NCBI GenBank assembly: GCA_946965045.2
Contig: OX337240.1
Span: forward strand, 2,232,001 to 2,296,000
Length of the DNA: 64,000 nt
DNA from: Epithemia pelagica
Lineage: Eukaryota; Protista; Bacillariophyta
Reading direction: 5' to 3'
The translations under genes were made by a program, and so were the position numbers. The notes beneath the pieces were generated by a model, which worked only from the letters and a program-made list of their open reading frames with translations, was not told where the DNA came from and made no database searches. This document shows, in pieces, positions 43,690 through 54,738 of this stretch. Within the stretch, counting starts at the first letter, position 1. Every line of letters begins with the position of its first letter.

Positions 43690-45571
43690 ATGTTAATTGT
43701 ATCGTGGAATGTTGCTGGTTGGACGACGACCGTGAACCGAATTGACCGTCATTACAAACCACCGTCTCCGGCCAACCAAGCTGGCACCACCACAACAACC
43801 ACACAACGACGCCCCAAACTTCATCCGGCGGCCTCGATTCAACACTTTTTCGAACGACACGAAGCAGATATTGTGTGTTTGCAAGAGCACAAGATTCAAA
43901 AACAACAATTGGCGAACCGTGCCGAGCCATGTCAGGCCAGTACGATTCCCGGATACGAATCCTTTTGGTCGTGTTGTGTCGATGAGAATCACAAGGGGTT
44001 GAATGGAGTCGTCACGTATGCACCCACTGGCAGTGTGGTGGCGGCCGACGCCAGTCCTCTCGGATCGTCTGATCTCGACAACCAGGGTCGTTGTATCATG
44101 ACCGATCATGGCAGCTTTTGCATTTTCAATGTCTATGCACCCAATTCTGGTGGCCACCCCTTGGCCTTTCAACTAAAATTTTTGCAGGCCCTACGACGCG
44201 CCATGCAAAGGCAACGCGAGCGAAACAAGCATGTCATTTTAGTGGGAGATTTGAATATTTCGCACAAGGCACGTGATATCTTTTGGAAGGATCGCTGTGT
44301 GCACATGCATGATATTCTGGACGAAGAGGAAAACGAACAACAACCACAACAACCTGACGAGTCGATGGTTCCACGCTGGAAGCAGGAAGTGAAACGTCAC
44401 TGGCCGACAATCGAAAAAGTCTTGCTGACCAAGACGGTTGTGGAAGCCAAAACTCTCAATACTGTCACCAACCAATCGCACGACAAATATCGACTGGCTG
44501 TCACGTTGGCCGATGGTCGTCGTGTTCACTTGGGTCGACACGAGTCCATGGCCGATCATTGTGGCCGTGAATATGATTTTTCCTCCAGGACCTATTGCGA
44601 CGAGGAAACCGATCAAGTCTTGCCCTGTCGACAGGCCAATGTCGTGTCGGTTGCGGTCCTGACCGAACTCTTGGCCAAACTGGTGGGTGTGGTCTGGGAC
44701 GAATCGGTTCAACGGGAGATTGCCACGACCGTGGCCTCTGAACCTCGCTTATCTCCGGCTCGTGCCTGGCTCACCGCGCTTTTGGTACAAGATGGCATGG
44801 TGGACTCCTTTCGACACTTGTATCCCATGGCCGAAGGGCGTTTTACCTGCTGGCATCAATTCACCAACCGACGGTACGAAAATGAAGGCGCTCGCATCGA
44901 TTACTGTTTGGTCGATGCATCCTTGGCGACCAAAATTCAAACTGGATCGGGCTTGCGATGTGGTGGTGGTGGTGGAAACCAGGAGGCCCCCGCCTTTGCC
45001 CTGGGAGAACAAGCCGCCCTCCAAGCGGCCACGGCCAATGGCAGGTTTGAACCAGCCTCGTTTGGTGGAGAAGGAATTCAGACAGCTTCCCAACGGGCGC
45101 TTGATTCGCAATTTGGTCCAGGTACGTTCGACACAAGAGTTGTTATGGGCATGGTTTGTGGTTACGTCGTGTCTCAGCATTGTCATGATTCCTACAGCGC
45201 ACACGGGCATGATTTATACTCCTCCAACCTTTTCCGACCATATTGCCGTCTCCATTCTCTTGGACGATAGTGATCATGCATTGTTGTCTAAAACGCTGGT
45301 ACTGGCCACGGATGCCAAGACGCGAAACGCTCAACCGCACAAGAAGCAACTGTCCATCTCGGCCTTTTTTGGATCCGCCCTCAATAATGGCAACAACCAA
45401 AACAACAAGAACAAGAGCAAGTCACCGGGCTCGCTGGCCAGCAAAAGCTCTACCGGACGGTCTACTTCGTCCAAGGTATCCTCGAATTCAAAGGTATCAT
45501 CCAAAAAGGTCAAGAAAGGTGGTACCAAGTACAGTATCAAACATCATTTTCAAAAGCAACAACCGAATTGA
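43690..45571 (+). CDS. AP endonuclease / exodeoxyribonuclease III family (APE2-like), 2 exons (intron 45122-45197)
   Basis: SWNVAG, CLQEHK, NVYAPN, GDLNISH, RIDY, then spliced GP|AHTGMIYTPPTFSDH. A QLSISAFF PIP-box-like tail follows. Confidence 0.9.
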
Positions 45572-46859
45572 CAATCTCTCTCAGCTTCGAATCCTTCCTT
45601 TTTGGAGGCGAGAATATGAAAGTAATTTCTTTATCTGCGGCAACAAGCAACAATTTCTGTTGCCTTCCATGAACGGTGCACACGGAAGCTCAACCGAGAT
45701 TTCGAAAGACTTCCCGAAAACTTCATGTCCTGGATTCCGGATCCGGCGCTACTGGTCGATATGCCCAGGCAGTTGCTGGATCAAGGCCAAAAGCTTTACA
45801 TCGCAATGGAATTGCCCAACAGAAAAAAATGAGGTACATCATGGCCAATGGCCACACAATGAAGCTGGCGCCTCGGTTAAACCATCTCATGTTGGGCATA
45901 ATCGTACAACGAGATGGAGTGTAGGAACAAGTTGTTTTATCTTTGTAATAATGGTACTCGTACCTTGTAGGGTTTCCACAACTTTTAGCGTTTTGCGTTA
46001 TGTTTGTCGAACTCATAATTTTATTTAAGATTTGTAGCCTTCTCGATGAACACCCAACCAACATTTCGTAATTCCCCCTATTCGGTTTCGTATTCTGAGT
46101 TCTGAGAGGCTTATCTTTTAATCGACCAGTATTTTGGTCCCATTGTGCTTTGTTAAATGAGGCTTTTGAGATGGGCTTTTCAATACGATAACAAACCAGG
46201 AACTGAGATGCTTCCTTGTAAGAGTACCAGTACGAGTACTCTAAACCTCATACTCGTACTGTCCCTACCAGACGGGGAAACAACACATTGTTGTGAAACG
46301 TATTGGGCCTATCGGACCAAAGGCGGGGGTCCGAACTACTCGCTCACAAAATCGAAACTACGATCAGGTCTTGTGCAGAGGAGAGATGAATTGTTCCGAT
46401 TTGTTCATTAGGCCTTATCTGCGAGGTCCCACGACCACCTTAAGCCCCACGGAGAGCTTGATGTCAGCAAAAGAGGGAGGGATCACGAAAAATACTACAT
46501 AGCTCTAGAGAACCTTGCTATTTGACGCTTTTCTACCAACACAAAGACAAACGGTCTGCCAAGGATTCATCATGTGGTTGGTCCCGTCTTTATTATTTTC
46601 CTTATCCTCACAATCCAGGGAGAAATATTCATCCATGGCTGTCGTGGAAGCATGTACATCCGACTTTTGTGCTAGCAACTCCAGCTGGAGTAGCCACGAG
46701 AACTTGATGAGCCATCCATGTGGATACTCTCTGAGGCCTCTGGAAGAAGAAGGGCCTTTCGTTCTCTTTTTCATTTTGCTTCTGATTTCAGGAGCTGTAT
46801 TCAGTTTATTCATTGTTCATGGAATCAATGAAAAACCAAAAGCACATACATTTCTTTCC

Positions 46860-47624
46860 ATGCCGAAAGTAGCCCGAAAAGAAGGTGGACAATCAGACTG
46901 TGTCCATAGAGAGCAACTTGTCGATGTGTCGCACTCTTGCGAGCAAAGAATAATAGACGCACGACCTGTCGCTTTGCCACCAAGATCCTCACTACGGAGA
47001 GCTTCCTCAAATTCCAAAAAGCGGCCTCTGCGACAATGTGTTCGGTTTAGCCCCAACCTGGAACGAGTCTACGCGGATGAACGAAATGGGAACACCAGAC
47101 TCAGTCATTTGACCTGGTACAGCAAAGCAGAACTATCCCTTTTTAAGCACAAGACAATCCGACAAATTCAAGAGATTACTCGGTATCAACCGTGTTTTGT
47201 GAGTCGATTGGAGTGTCTGTACCAAACCTGCAGTGAGGCCGATCTGGAATCGGATGGGGGTGGTTCTTGCTGCACGACTCGGCTGTATGCAGGAGGCTTG
47301 GACAATCTGGAATTGATTGGTTTGGAAAAGCATGTGTCTCGCCTCATTGACGCTGACTTTCACAAACGACAAGAGTCTCTGTATGGCACGGTGCAAGTGA
47401 TACAATCCTCCTATTACCCAAGCAATGAACCCAACCCCCCATTCCTGTGGTCATCCCAAGCGAGACATTCTATGCAGACGACGCCTTTGAGACATTCATC
47501 TCTGTCAACTGTCGACCACACGGACCGCCATGCGCAAGAGTTGCGCGACTATTGCCGGCCCTTGACTTGTCGAGCAAGCCTATTTGCTCAACTCTTGGCA
47601 CGAGCACAACTCTCAGCAGAATAA
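46860..47624 (+). CDS. Hypothetical protein
   Basis: Long ORF with VRF...WYS..E...F and GLEKH motifs of a pattern I associate with uncharacterised diatom families. Start uncertain. Confidence 0.45.
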   Translation: MPKVARKEGGQSDCVHREQLVDVSHSCEQRIIDARPVALPPRSSLRRASSNSKKRPLRQCVRFSPNLERVYADERNGNTRLSHLTWYSKAELSLFKHKTIRQIQEITRYQPCFVSRLECLYQTCSEADLESDGGGSCCTTRLYAGGLDNLELIGLEKHVSRLIDADFHKRQESLYGTVQVIQSSYYPSNEPNPPFLWSSQARHSMQTTPLRHSSLSTVDHTDRHAQELRDYCRPLTCRASLFAQLLARAQLSAE

Positions 47625-47806
47625 TAGAAAGTACTTTGACTTTACCGATTGGGTTTTTTGTCTAGGTTACGTTTGACCCATAAACCGTACCTGTAGAAAG
47701 ACAAACGTATGTTCCTTGAAACAATGGAATATTTGTTCCTGCATGTTCCGCTGAAACCGAAGTACGCGAGAAGAAATATTGTTTGGACCAACATTGGCGA
47801 TTCCGA

Positions 47807-48401
47807 TCATGACGACGACGACGAAGACGAAGGAGGCGGAACATGAAAGTAGCGTTCCCCTTCATAGGTTTCCAATCGAACATTGGCAATCAGATTTTCT
47901 TGCGCAAAGGCTTGTTGGACCTCTTTCATACCGTCCAACACAAATTCACGAGTTCGTTCGGGTTTTCCTGTTCTCTCCAGCAACAAGGATCACAACACAA
48001 CCATGTGGCATGTAAGATTCAGTTACGTGGCAAGGCTTTCACCCTCACAGTCTTGCGCACGATGGAGAACGACACACGACACAAACCAAGCAACACTGTT
48101 GAACATATTCGATGAGTGTTTTCCGCAGTGTTTTGCTGACACCCTCGCTCCACTATCCTTTGTCACGGTGTCACACAAACAAATGGTTCCAACAAGAACC
48201 GTAGTTGCTCTCACCATAGGCTCGAATATCCACATAGACATCCTCTTGAAAGGATTCGTCCGTCCAATCCTGACAATGAAACAACATGAGTTTGGTGGTG
48301 GATGGTTTGGTTCCCCAAATGGCGCACAGTTTTTCTTGTAATCTCGACAGTGGGACTGGCTTTCCCATGGTCGATTTGGCAAACAACTTGACCAGTGGCA
48401 T
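47807..48401 (-). CDS. Tautomerase/MIF-superfamily-like small protein, 115 aa, 2 exons (intron 47968-48214)
   Basis: Not resolved by the ORF track. MPLVKLF...VDIRAY|GKPERTREFV...VRLETYEGERYFHVPP*. Exons of 187+161 nt join in frame. N-terminal Pro. Confidence 0.6.
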
Positions 48402-48977
48402 CGTACTGTCGATATCGATATACTCAATTGTCTCGAGTCGGGTCAATGTTGGTGATGGATGCGGCGATGATGGCAAAGATCTTCCTCATGCGCGACCGAT
48501 AAAAATTCGGACATATTTCCGCGACTGTATGTCTTTCCACGCATGCATGACGTCACTTTTGCGTGTGTATGTCGCCAGCCGCGCTCGCTGCATGATTACA
48601 TCATCATCCGGCCTTCGTACACGTCACGGATTTTGTTCGCCCCTTCGGCCTTCGGCTGTTCTTCTCGTTCGGGAAGGAATCTTTTCTGGTCGAGAAAGAC
48701 AACAACTCGATTCTTCCTATAGAGTGTTGCATTCTTCCTCTCTGTTGTTGGAACGGAAGGACACAGCAAGCCTCTTGCAGTGTCCTTGGACTCCATCATC
48801 TATAATATTCTCTTAGGGTGAACCAAGTGTTGCATTCTTGGCCGCAGGTCCAAGTTTCCGCAAACGAGTGCGTGACAGTCACACAGCGCATTGGGAATTC
48901 CCCAAACCGAGAACCCCGCTTCGTTTTGTCGCACACACACATACACATACACACACAAGAACCCTACCCCCCGCACC

Positions 48978-50426
48978 ATGACAATGCCTTTTTCTTTTGC
49001 CGTTCCCCCATCACGGTCTTGTTCTTCCCTGGTACGTCGTTCCAGTACGCTGGAACGAGGATCGGTCGTTCCGAAAGACGACGACAAGGACAAGAAGACT
49101 GTTCACCACTCCATCCAAGAGTCTGACGTACTTGACCGTGACGACAAGAAAGAACAGCAAAATATTGGACGGTCTACAGGAGGAAGCCTTGCTGATTCGT
49201 GGCCCTGGCCTTGGAGACAACAAGCGCCACCCAAACCATCCGTGGTTCCCAGTCATGGCAAACACTACCGAAACAACAGTGCCCATGGTAGTCCGACAAG
49301 CGTCATGTGTGCGTTGGATGACAGTACGAACAACACTTCCATGACGTCGTTTGACAGTGAGACAACGAGTCCCAGTAGTAGCTCAGGGTCACTGCAGGAC
49401 TTGGAAACGGGCATTTCTTGGACAAGATCAAGTAACTCCTCCAACCCCAAAACAACAACGACGACGACTACGACAGGTTCTCCTCCTCCCTTGGAAGCTC
49501 ATTTGAACCAATTCATGTCTCGTCGCATCATGACACCGACACAAGAACGTTGCAATGCCTTGACCATGCTTCCCATGTCACTTTACTGTCTCGTTCATCT
49601 CTTGTCATGGGCCTGGATCACACCAGCGGCCTGGCAACATGCCAACACCACCATGAATCCTTCTGCTGTCGTACCCAGTGCTCCTTCCTACCTCCATAAT
49701 GATGGTGATTCCACTATTCGAGAGAACAACCCGTTCTTTTTGAACCATCATCATGATCAAGTACTTCACCACTGGATCTTTCACGATGTTGCACGTTGGT
49801 GGTCTCCACCGTCGGGTTGTTGGTCCAGTTCCCTTCTCCCTGCTATACCACCCTTGCCCGTCTTGGCCACCATGTTTGCCATGTGGTTGCACATGCCCTT
49901 TTCTTTTTTGTATCATTGGAAATATGCCCATGAATTAGATCCCGTCGCTCGAATGTATCATTGGACGAGACGAATGGATCATGGCATGATGCATTTTTGT
50001 TCCATCTTGTTTGCCTATGGAACCTCGGGGAGTATCGATTACGCCCTCCTGGCGGCCGTGTTTAATTTACCCTGCTTCTTTCTGCAATTTCGTCCCCAAA
50101 TTCGTCGCCCCCGCAACAATCACATTTGCATCGTCTTGGCCATTGTCAGTTACTCCGTGCCTCTGGCCTGGGAATCCCAAACGACTACCTTGGTTGCCTT
50201 TTGGAGTTTGATTTTGGTCGCCCTGTGGTTGTTTGCCCGTTATCCCTTGGGAGGATGGTCCCATGCCGCCTTTCATGTCGTGGCCGGCGGTACCGCACCC
50301 CTCCTCATGAATGTGGCCGTCCATCTCCCCATTTCGCAACCCCAAGTCGAGTTTGCCGCACACTGTGCCGTCTATTGCCAACAACAACAAGAACAACAAC
50401 TACTGGAGGCCCAGCAAGCCTTTTGA
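48978..50426 (+). CDS. PAQR/hemolysin-III (CREST superfamily)-like membrane protein
   Basis: About 7 TM segments with PFSFLYH, RRMDH, SHAAFH metal-binding-like motifs. Confidence 0.65.
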   Translation: MTMPFSFAVPPSRSCSSLVRRSSTLERGSVVPKDDDKDKKTVHHSIQESDVLDRDDKKEQQNIGRSTGGSLADSWPWPWRQQAPPKPSVVPSHGKHYRNNSAHGSPTSVMCALDDSTNNTSMTSFDSETTSPSSSSGSLQDLETGISWTRSSNSSNPKTTTTTTTTGSPPPLEAHLNQFMSRRIMTPTQERCNALTMLPMSLYCLVHLLSWAWITPAAWQHANTTMNPSAVVPSAPSYLHNDGDSTIRENNPFFLNHHHDQVLHHWIFHDVARWWSPPSGCWSSSLLPAIPPLPVLATMFAMWLHMPFSFLYHWKYAHELDPVARMYHWTRRMDHGMMHFCSILFAYGTSGSIDYALLAAVFNLPCFFLQFRPQIRRPRNNHICIVLAIVSYSVPLAWESQTTTLVAFWSLILVALWLFARYPLGGWSHAAFHVVAGGTAPLLMNVAVHLPISQPQVEFAAHCAVYCQQQQEQQLLEAQQAF

Positions 50427-51117
50427 TTTCACAACAAACAACAACAACAACATCAAACGTTTTTCCAACGGAAACTCTGGTGTGTTCCTGCAAAGACACA
50501 CTTCCAACAGTGCCGTGAGGGACAGGAAGGAAAACGGCACAGACCGGGACCGTGTCTTGTTGTGAATGGGCTTGGTGACTTTTTACTCGGCCCATATTCG
50601 GCAAGAGAGAACGACGCTTGCATCTCTTGCACGCATGTCCCGCTCAACTGGAGGGCAAGAGAGGACCGGTCAATGAATGGGCATCGTCATGGATTCTTTG
50701 TACAAGCATCCAAAGTAGATGCTATCACGAGAACACGAGTCCTCGAAAGAACGCAACGATTCCTCCAAACTAACATGCATCGGTTGCATTTGTGAAAGGA
50801 CATCTATCCTAGATCCAAATCATTGTTGCTAGGTGATTGACTTTGACATCAATGCTCTAATAGGTAGTTTCCGTTCTGCTGCTCAGCAGTCAAGATAGAG
50901 CTTTGTGCCTAAAAAGAATGAAATATGTAGAACCAACAATGCTTTTGATACTCTTGCCTCTAGGTAGAACTCCCAAGAAACTGGGCAACCTGCTCATTGA
51001 CCTAATACGGAAGCAGATGATGTCGGTCATTGTAGGTATTTGTCAGTCTAAGCCCACCAGTTTTCTCAACGTACGCATTCTTGCAGTACGTACTCGTAGA
51101 GCTCATTCTCCGAGACC

Positions 51118-51801
51118 ATGGACGACCACGACGACGATCACGCCTTATCGGATTTCCTCCGTGAACGATTGCCACAAGTAGGCTTGGATTATGACACGTA
51201 TGGCCCCTATGTCTTGCCTCTCCTGTTGACCGATCGCAGTGATGGCGCAAACGATGAGGACATTCAGGAAGAATGGGATTCGGTCATGGAACTCTTGCAA
51301 GCATCGAGTGAATCTCACTCGGACGACAATGACACATGGGTCACCTTACGACAGGATATTCAAAAGGCATGGGACGATCACCAACAAAAGTTGAAACTAC
51401 TGGAAGAAGAGGAGAAGCATCAGCGAGCCCAACAAATGGAACAAGTCTTGGCCGAAGAACGACGCATGGCAGAACAAGCAGCCGCCGAAGCGGCGGCGGC
51501 GCAAGAAAAACAACAAGAGCACGCTGGTGAATCGAAAACGACGAATGACGCGGCGAAACAAGCTTTGCTGGATCGATTTGGTTACGATGGTGACGATGCG
51601 GCCGCCGACGACGACGATGCCCCTTCCAATCATCAGGTGGCAGCGGCTGCTCACGGCGCGAAAATGAAGGAAATGAGAGCGCAAAATGTCCAAACTAAAA
51701 AGGATGAACAAGCCAAAACATCGCAAGCCAAAATGGAGAAGGCTCGCGTGAAGGAAGAACGAAGGAAACGAGCGGTCAAGGGGGAACGACGACGAGGATA
51801 A
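51118..51801 (+). CDS. CCDC43-like coiled-coil protein
   Basis: L...L..VGLD..TYGPY N-terminus, ALLDRFG, and C-terminal KGERRRG. Confidence 0.6.
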   Translation: MDDHDDDHALSDFLRERLPQVGLDYDTYGPYVLPLLLTDRSDGANDEDIQEEWDSVMELLQASSESHSDDNDTWVTLRQDIQKAWDDHQQKLKLLEEEEKHQRAQQMEQVLAEERRMAEQAAAEAAAAQEKQQEHAGESKTTNDAAKQALLDRFGYDGDDAAADDDDAPSNHQVAAAAHGAKMKEMRAQNVQTKKDEQAKTSQAKMEKARVKEERRKRAVKGERRRG

Positions 51802-52969
51802 CGACAAATGAAGAAGCATACAAAACACAGATGACGACTTTTAATCGACCATCAAAAACTCGTCCGGATGAAATCCTGTCCAATGTGAACTTTCGTGCAC
51901 GGAAACATGAATAGGTTATTCATACTCAGTGCCAATAAATACATGACATGTGCACTGAAATCAATCAATGAGTGATGACCAATTCAAAGAACTGTCTTGT
52001 TTTTGTCTTGACAATTATGGGAGAGGCTATGGCATCAAAGGTTGTAGCGCTAAGGAATATTTTCACATTTTGCATGGTTGAGTCGTACAATCAATCAAAT
52101 TAGAAACTTGGAACAGTTGGCAATACCAAGCCATTTCTCCATTTTTGGGGAAAGGCGTTTGGATTAGGTAGGAATTTGTAATGAAAACGGAAACGATCTG
52201 GCTCTGACATGCTTGAGTGATGCATTATTGCCTACCAGTCATTTATGGATTTCATATCATTCCCGTCATCCTGAGAATACGGAAAACGTTTGGAAGGCAT
52301 GTACATGTGTGAAATATTGATGCAACTCGAGGACTCATACAAGGGCCACGGTAGGTGCCAATTGCCAATGCACCTGTCAATAAGCATAAGTAGGACCAGT
52401 TGGCTAGGAGCTTTGTAAGGATATATATCCGCATCTTTATATATGGCAAACATTGATGCGATATCCTCTTGACACTAGAGACAATAAGAGCATCACATTA
52501 AGCTAGAGGGTACCTGTCTCTCTCTAGCTAGCTGGTAGAAAGGTAGCTATACATCTCCGTTTCTGCGCTCGATCCGATCCGAGCAAGCATGCTCATTTTT
52601 TATTGCCTGATTGGATCAATACAATAGCCCACTACGAGCACCTGGTATCCCAGTGAAACAGAAAAATTTCCCGAAAATCGCCGGCCATCACGACCGACCA
52701 ACCCGGCGACCAAAAAAAGCACGGCTCGCGCATAATAGTACGAAAACTGTTCCAATCCCAGCTACATAAGCCATTTTCTGGAAGAACTATCTCAATTCTG
52801 CTTCCGTTTCCTGATCGGTACCAGCCAGATCGGTCTCACACATCCGGCTAACAAGGGACCCACAAGCCAATGGAGCACCGCGATGAACCAAAATAACAAG
52901 AATCAATGCTGCGAAAGAAAGAAGCACTTCAGAGCAAGCAGCAATCCAACATAAAAATCGATAACCACC

Positions 52970-54706
52970 ATGTCGTCACCTCCGATTTACATCCCCCCAC
53001 TCGACGACACCCTCCGCGAGGGAACCTTCGTTCACTTACGACTCCCGAATCAAAAGAAGAATACAACAACCATTGGTCGTTTACAGCACTCGAACGATGG
53101 ATGCGTCGTAATTTCAATCTGGCAGAAGCTCTTCCCGAAGAAGAATACAAAATGCCACACGTCCATTCCCAAACATCAACATTCTCCCATCATTCAAGGT
53201 TTTGGCTCTGAAAACGAAGAGATATACCAAACCAAACTTGTCATCTCGGACCGAGACGCAATGTACAATGGTACCAAGATCCTCTTCCCTGCTTTCGTGT
53301 TTTCCCTAACGGAGCTGGCCGATCCACAGAATTCATGGGGACAAGGACTCAACAACGTATATATCGCTCGCTACCGCCAATCCGAAGTCCGAGGCAAAGA
53401 TAGATTGATTGAAATTCCAGACGAAGATCTCCTATGCTTTCCGATGAAGAAGTTACCGAACAAGGGCAAAAAGGACCTCGTCGTCCCTCCCCGCTGTTAC
53501 CACCAAAATGTGTGGTGCGGTCTCTTTCAGCTAAGGAAGGGGATCATGAAGATTTTAAACAAACGTAGCGGGCAATCAGAATCGACGGCCATTGACACGG
53601 TCTCAATCGGAAATATTCCATTGGAAACTTTCAACTATCTGCACGTCGTCTCGAATTCAGGTACTGAGTCTATTTCTTGCCACATGTTTCCATCGACCGA
53701 AACCTACCTCGATATCGATTCCAAACCAACCCGTCGCAAAATCAAGATGTCTTTTCAGAGTGGTGTCTTACGCTTCGAGTCCATACGAGATTTGGATTTG
53801 CTCCGACGATTGCTTGGTATTGGTTCTGTTTACGGCTCCACCGAGCATCGGCCGACTCTCGGAGATGGGAAACACGGTAGACAACTGAAACGTGGTCATT
53901 TCTTAACAGTAGTTAAGGGGAAAGACGAACAGGAACAAGATCCCCATGAACCGGTATTCAAGCGTCGCACACTCGACCAACGTGTGGATCTAACCTTCTC
54001 ACCATATTCTGTGAAGGTAACTGTTGGTTTTGAACGATACCGTTTCGATCAAGATCGTAAAGGAAATCTGAAGTCGACCCCCCCAACCAGTCACCTGAAG
54101 TCAGTTCTAACTTGTACGCCCTACAAGCCCGACGAAGAATGTGAGGACGAATCGAGCTTGTCTGAAGAATCGGAACAGTCCAGCAACGAATCGCAAGACG
54201 AAGAACGTGCCAAAAAGGGAGACGACAAGTCGGTGTCGACTTTTGATCGCATCCTCAATGCATCACTAGAAACGACGAGCTCTCAGGATACGAACAACAG
54301 CAGTGACCGCAAGGACGATGACGACTTGTCGCTCCATACTCACACGTCTACCGTCCGATTTCGATTTGACACCTTCGACATCTATTCAGGTGATCAGTTC
54401 CATTTCGATGGAACTGTCTACGAGATCGTATGCCTCTTCATCCCTTCAAGTGAAGTAAGGTTTATTATTCGCGAGAAGTTTTCCACTGAACTATACTCGT
54501 CCTCGAAGCCAGTAACCAATGACAAGGTCTTGAAGAATAAGGATCTTTCACGTGTTGGAACGATCGCGCCTTCTGAAAAGCCGACCTATGGATGCGTCGC
54601 TGTTGCAGGCCATCAGTTCGACAGGAATCTTCCGAAAACAGAGCAGCTCATTGTTCTTTTCAAGCACAGCGACGCGATTGCCTCTGCCATTGCAGACTAC
54701 AATTGA
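52970..54706 (+). CDS. Transposon accessory protein, 578 aa, N-terminal BAH-like domain (tentative)
   Basis: Intact ORF inside the element. EGTFVHL...IGRL...VVISIW...EEIYQT...KILFPAFV follows the BAH beta-strand pattern. Acidic linker. Confidence 0.55.
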   Translation: MSSPPIYIPPLDDTLREGTFVHLRLPNQKKNTTTIGRLQHSNDGCVVISIWQKLFPKKNTKCHTSIPKHQHSPIIQGFGSENEEIYQTKLVISDRDAMYNGTKILFPAFVFSLTELADPQNSWGQGLNNVYIARYRQSEVRGKDRLIEIPDEDLLCFPMKKLPNKGKKDLVVPPRCYHQNVWCGLFQLRKGIMKILNKRSGQSESTAIDTVSIGNIPLETFNYLHVVSNSGTESISCHMFPSTETYLDIDSKPTRRKIKMSFQSGVLRFESIRDLDLLRRLLGIGSVYGSTEHRPTLGDGKHGRQLKRGHFLTVVKGKDEQEQDPHEPVFKRRTLDQRVDLTFSPYSVKVTVGFERYRFDQDRKGNLKSTPPTSHLKSVLTCTPYKPDEECEDESSLSEESEQSSNESQDEERAKKGDDKSVSTFDRILNASLETTSSQDTNNSSDRKDDDDLSLHTHTSTVRFRFDTFDIYSGDQFHFDGTVYEIVCLFIPSSEVRFIIREKFSTELYSSSKPVTNDKVLKNKDLSRVGTIAPSEKPTYGCVAVAGHQFDRNLPKTEQLIVLFKHSDAIASAIADYN

Positions 54707-54738
54707 ATTCATCCGTAGTACACATCTAATTTACCACA

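Noticed and set aside
52473-52485. Alternative element ends CACTAGAGACAAT vs inverted 58852-58866
   Set aside because: About a 10-bp match that does not extend and has no TSD. The 52630/58946 pair is longer and bipartite.
52630-52660. True V(D)J RSS (heptamer-12/23-nonamer)
   Set aside because: The terminal sequence is CACT(A/T)CG and spacers are far longer than 12/23. Reported only as an analogy.
52970-54706. RAG2 homolog
   Set aside because: No kelch-type repeats or PHD Cys/His pattern are visible. Only the position resembles RAG2.
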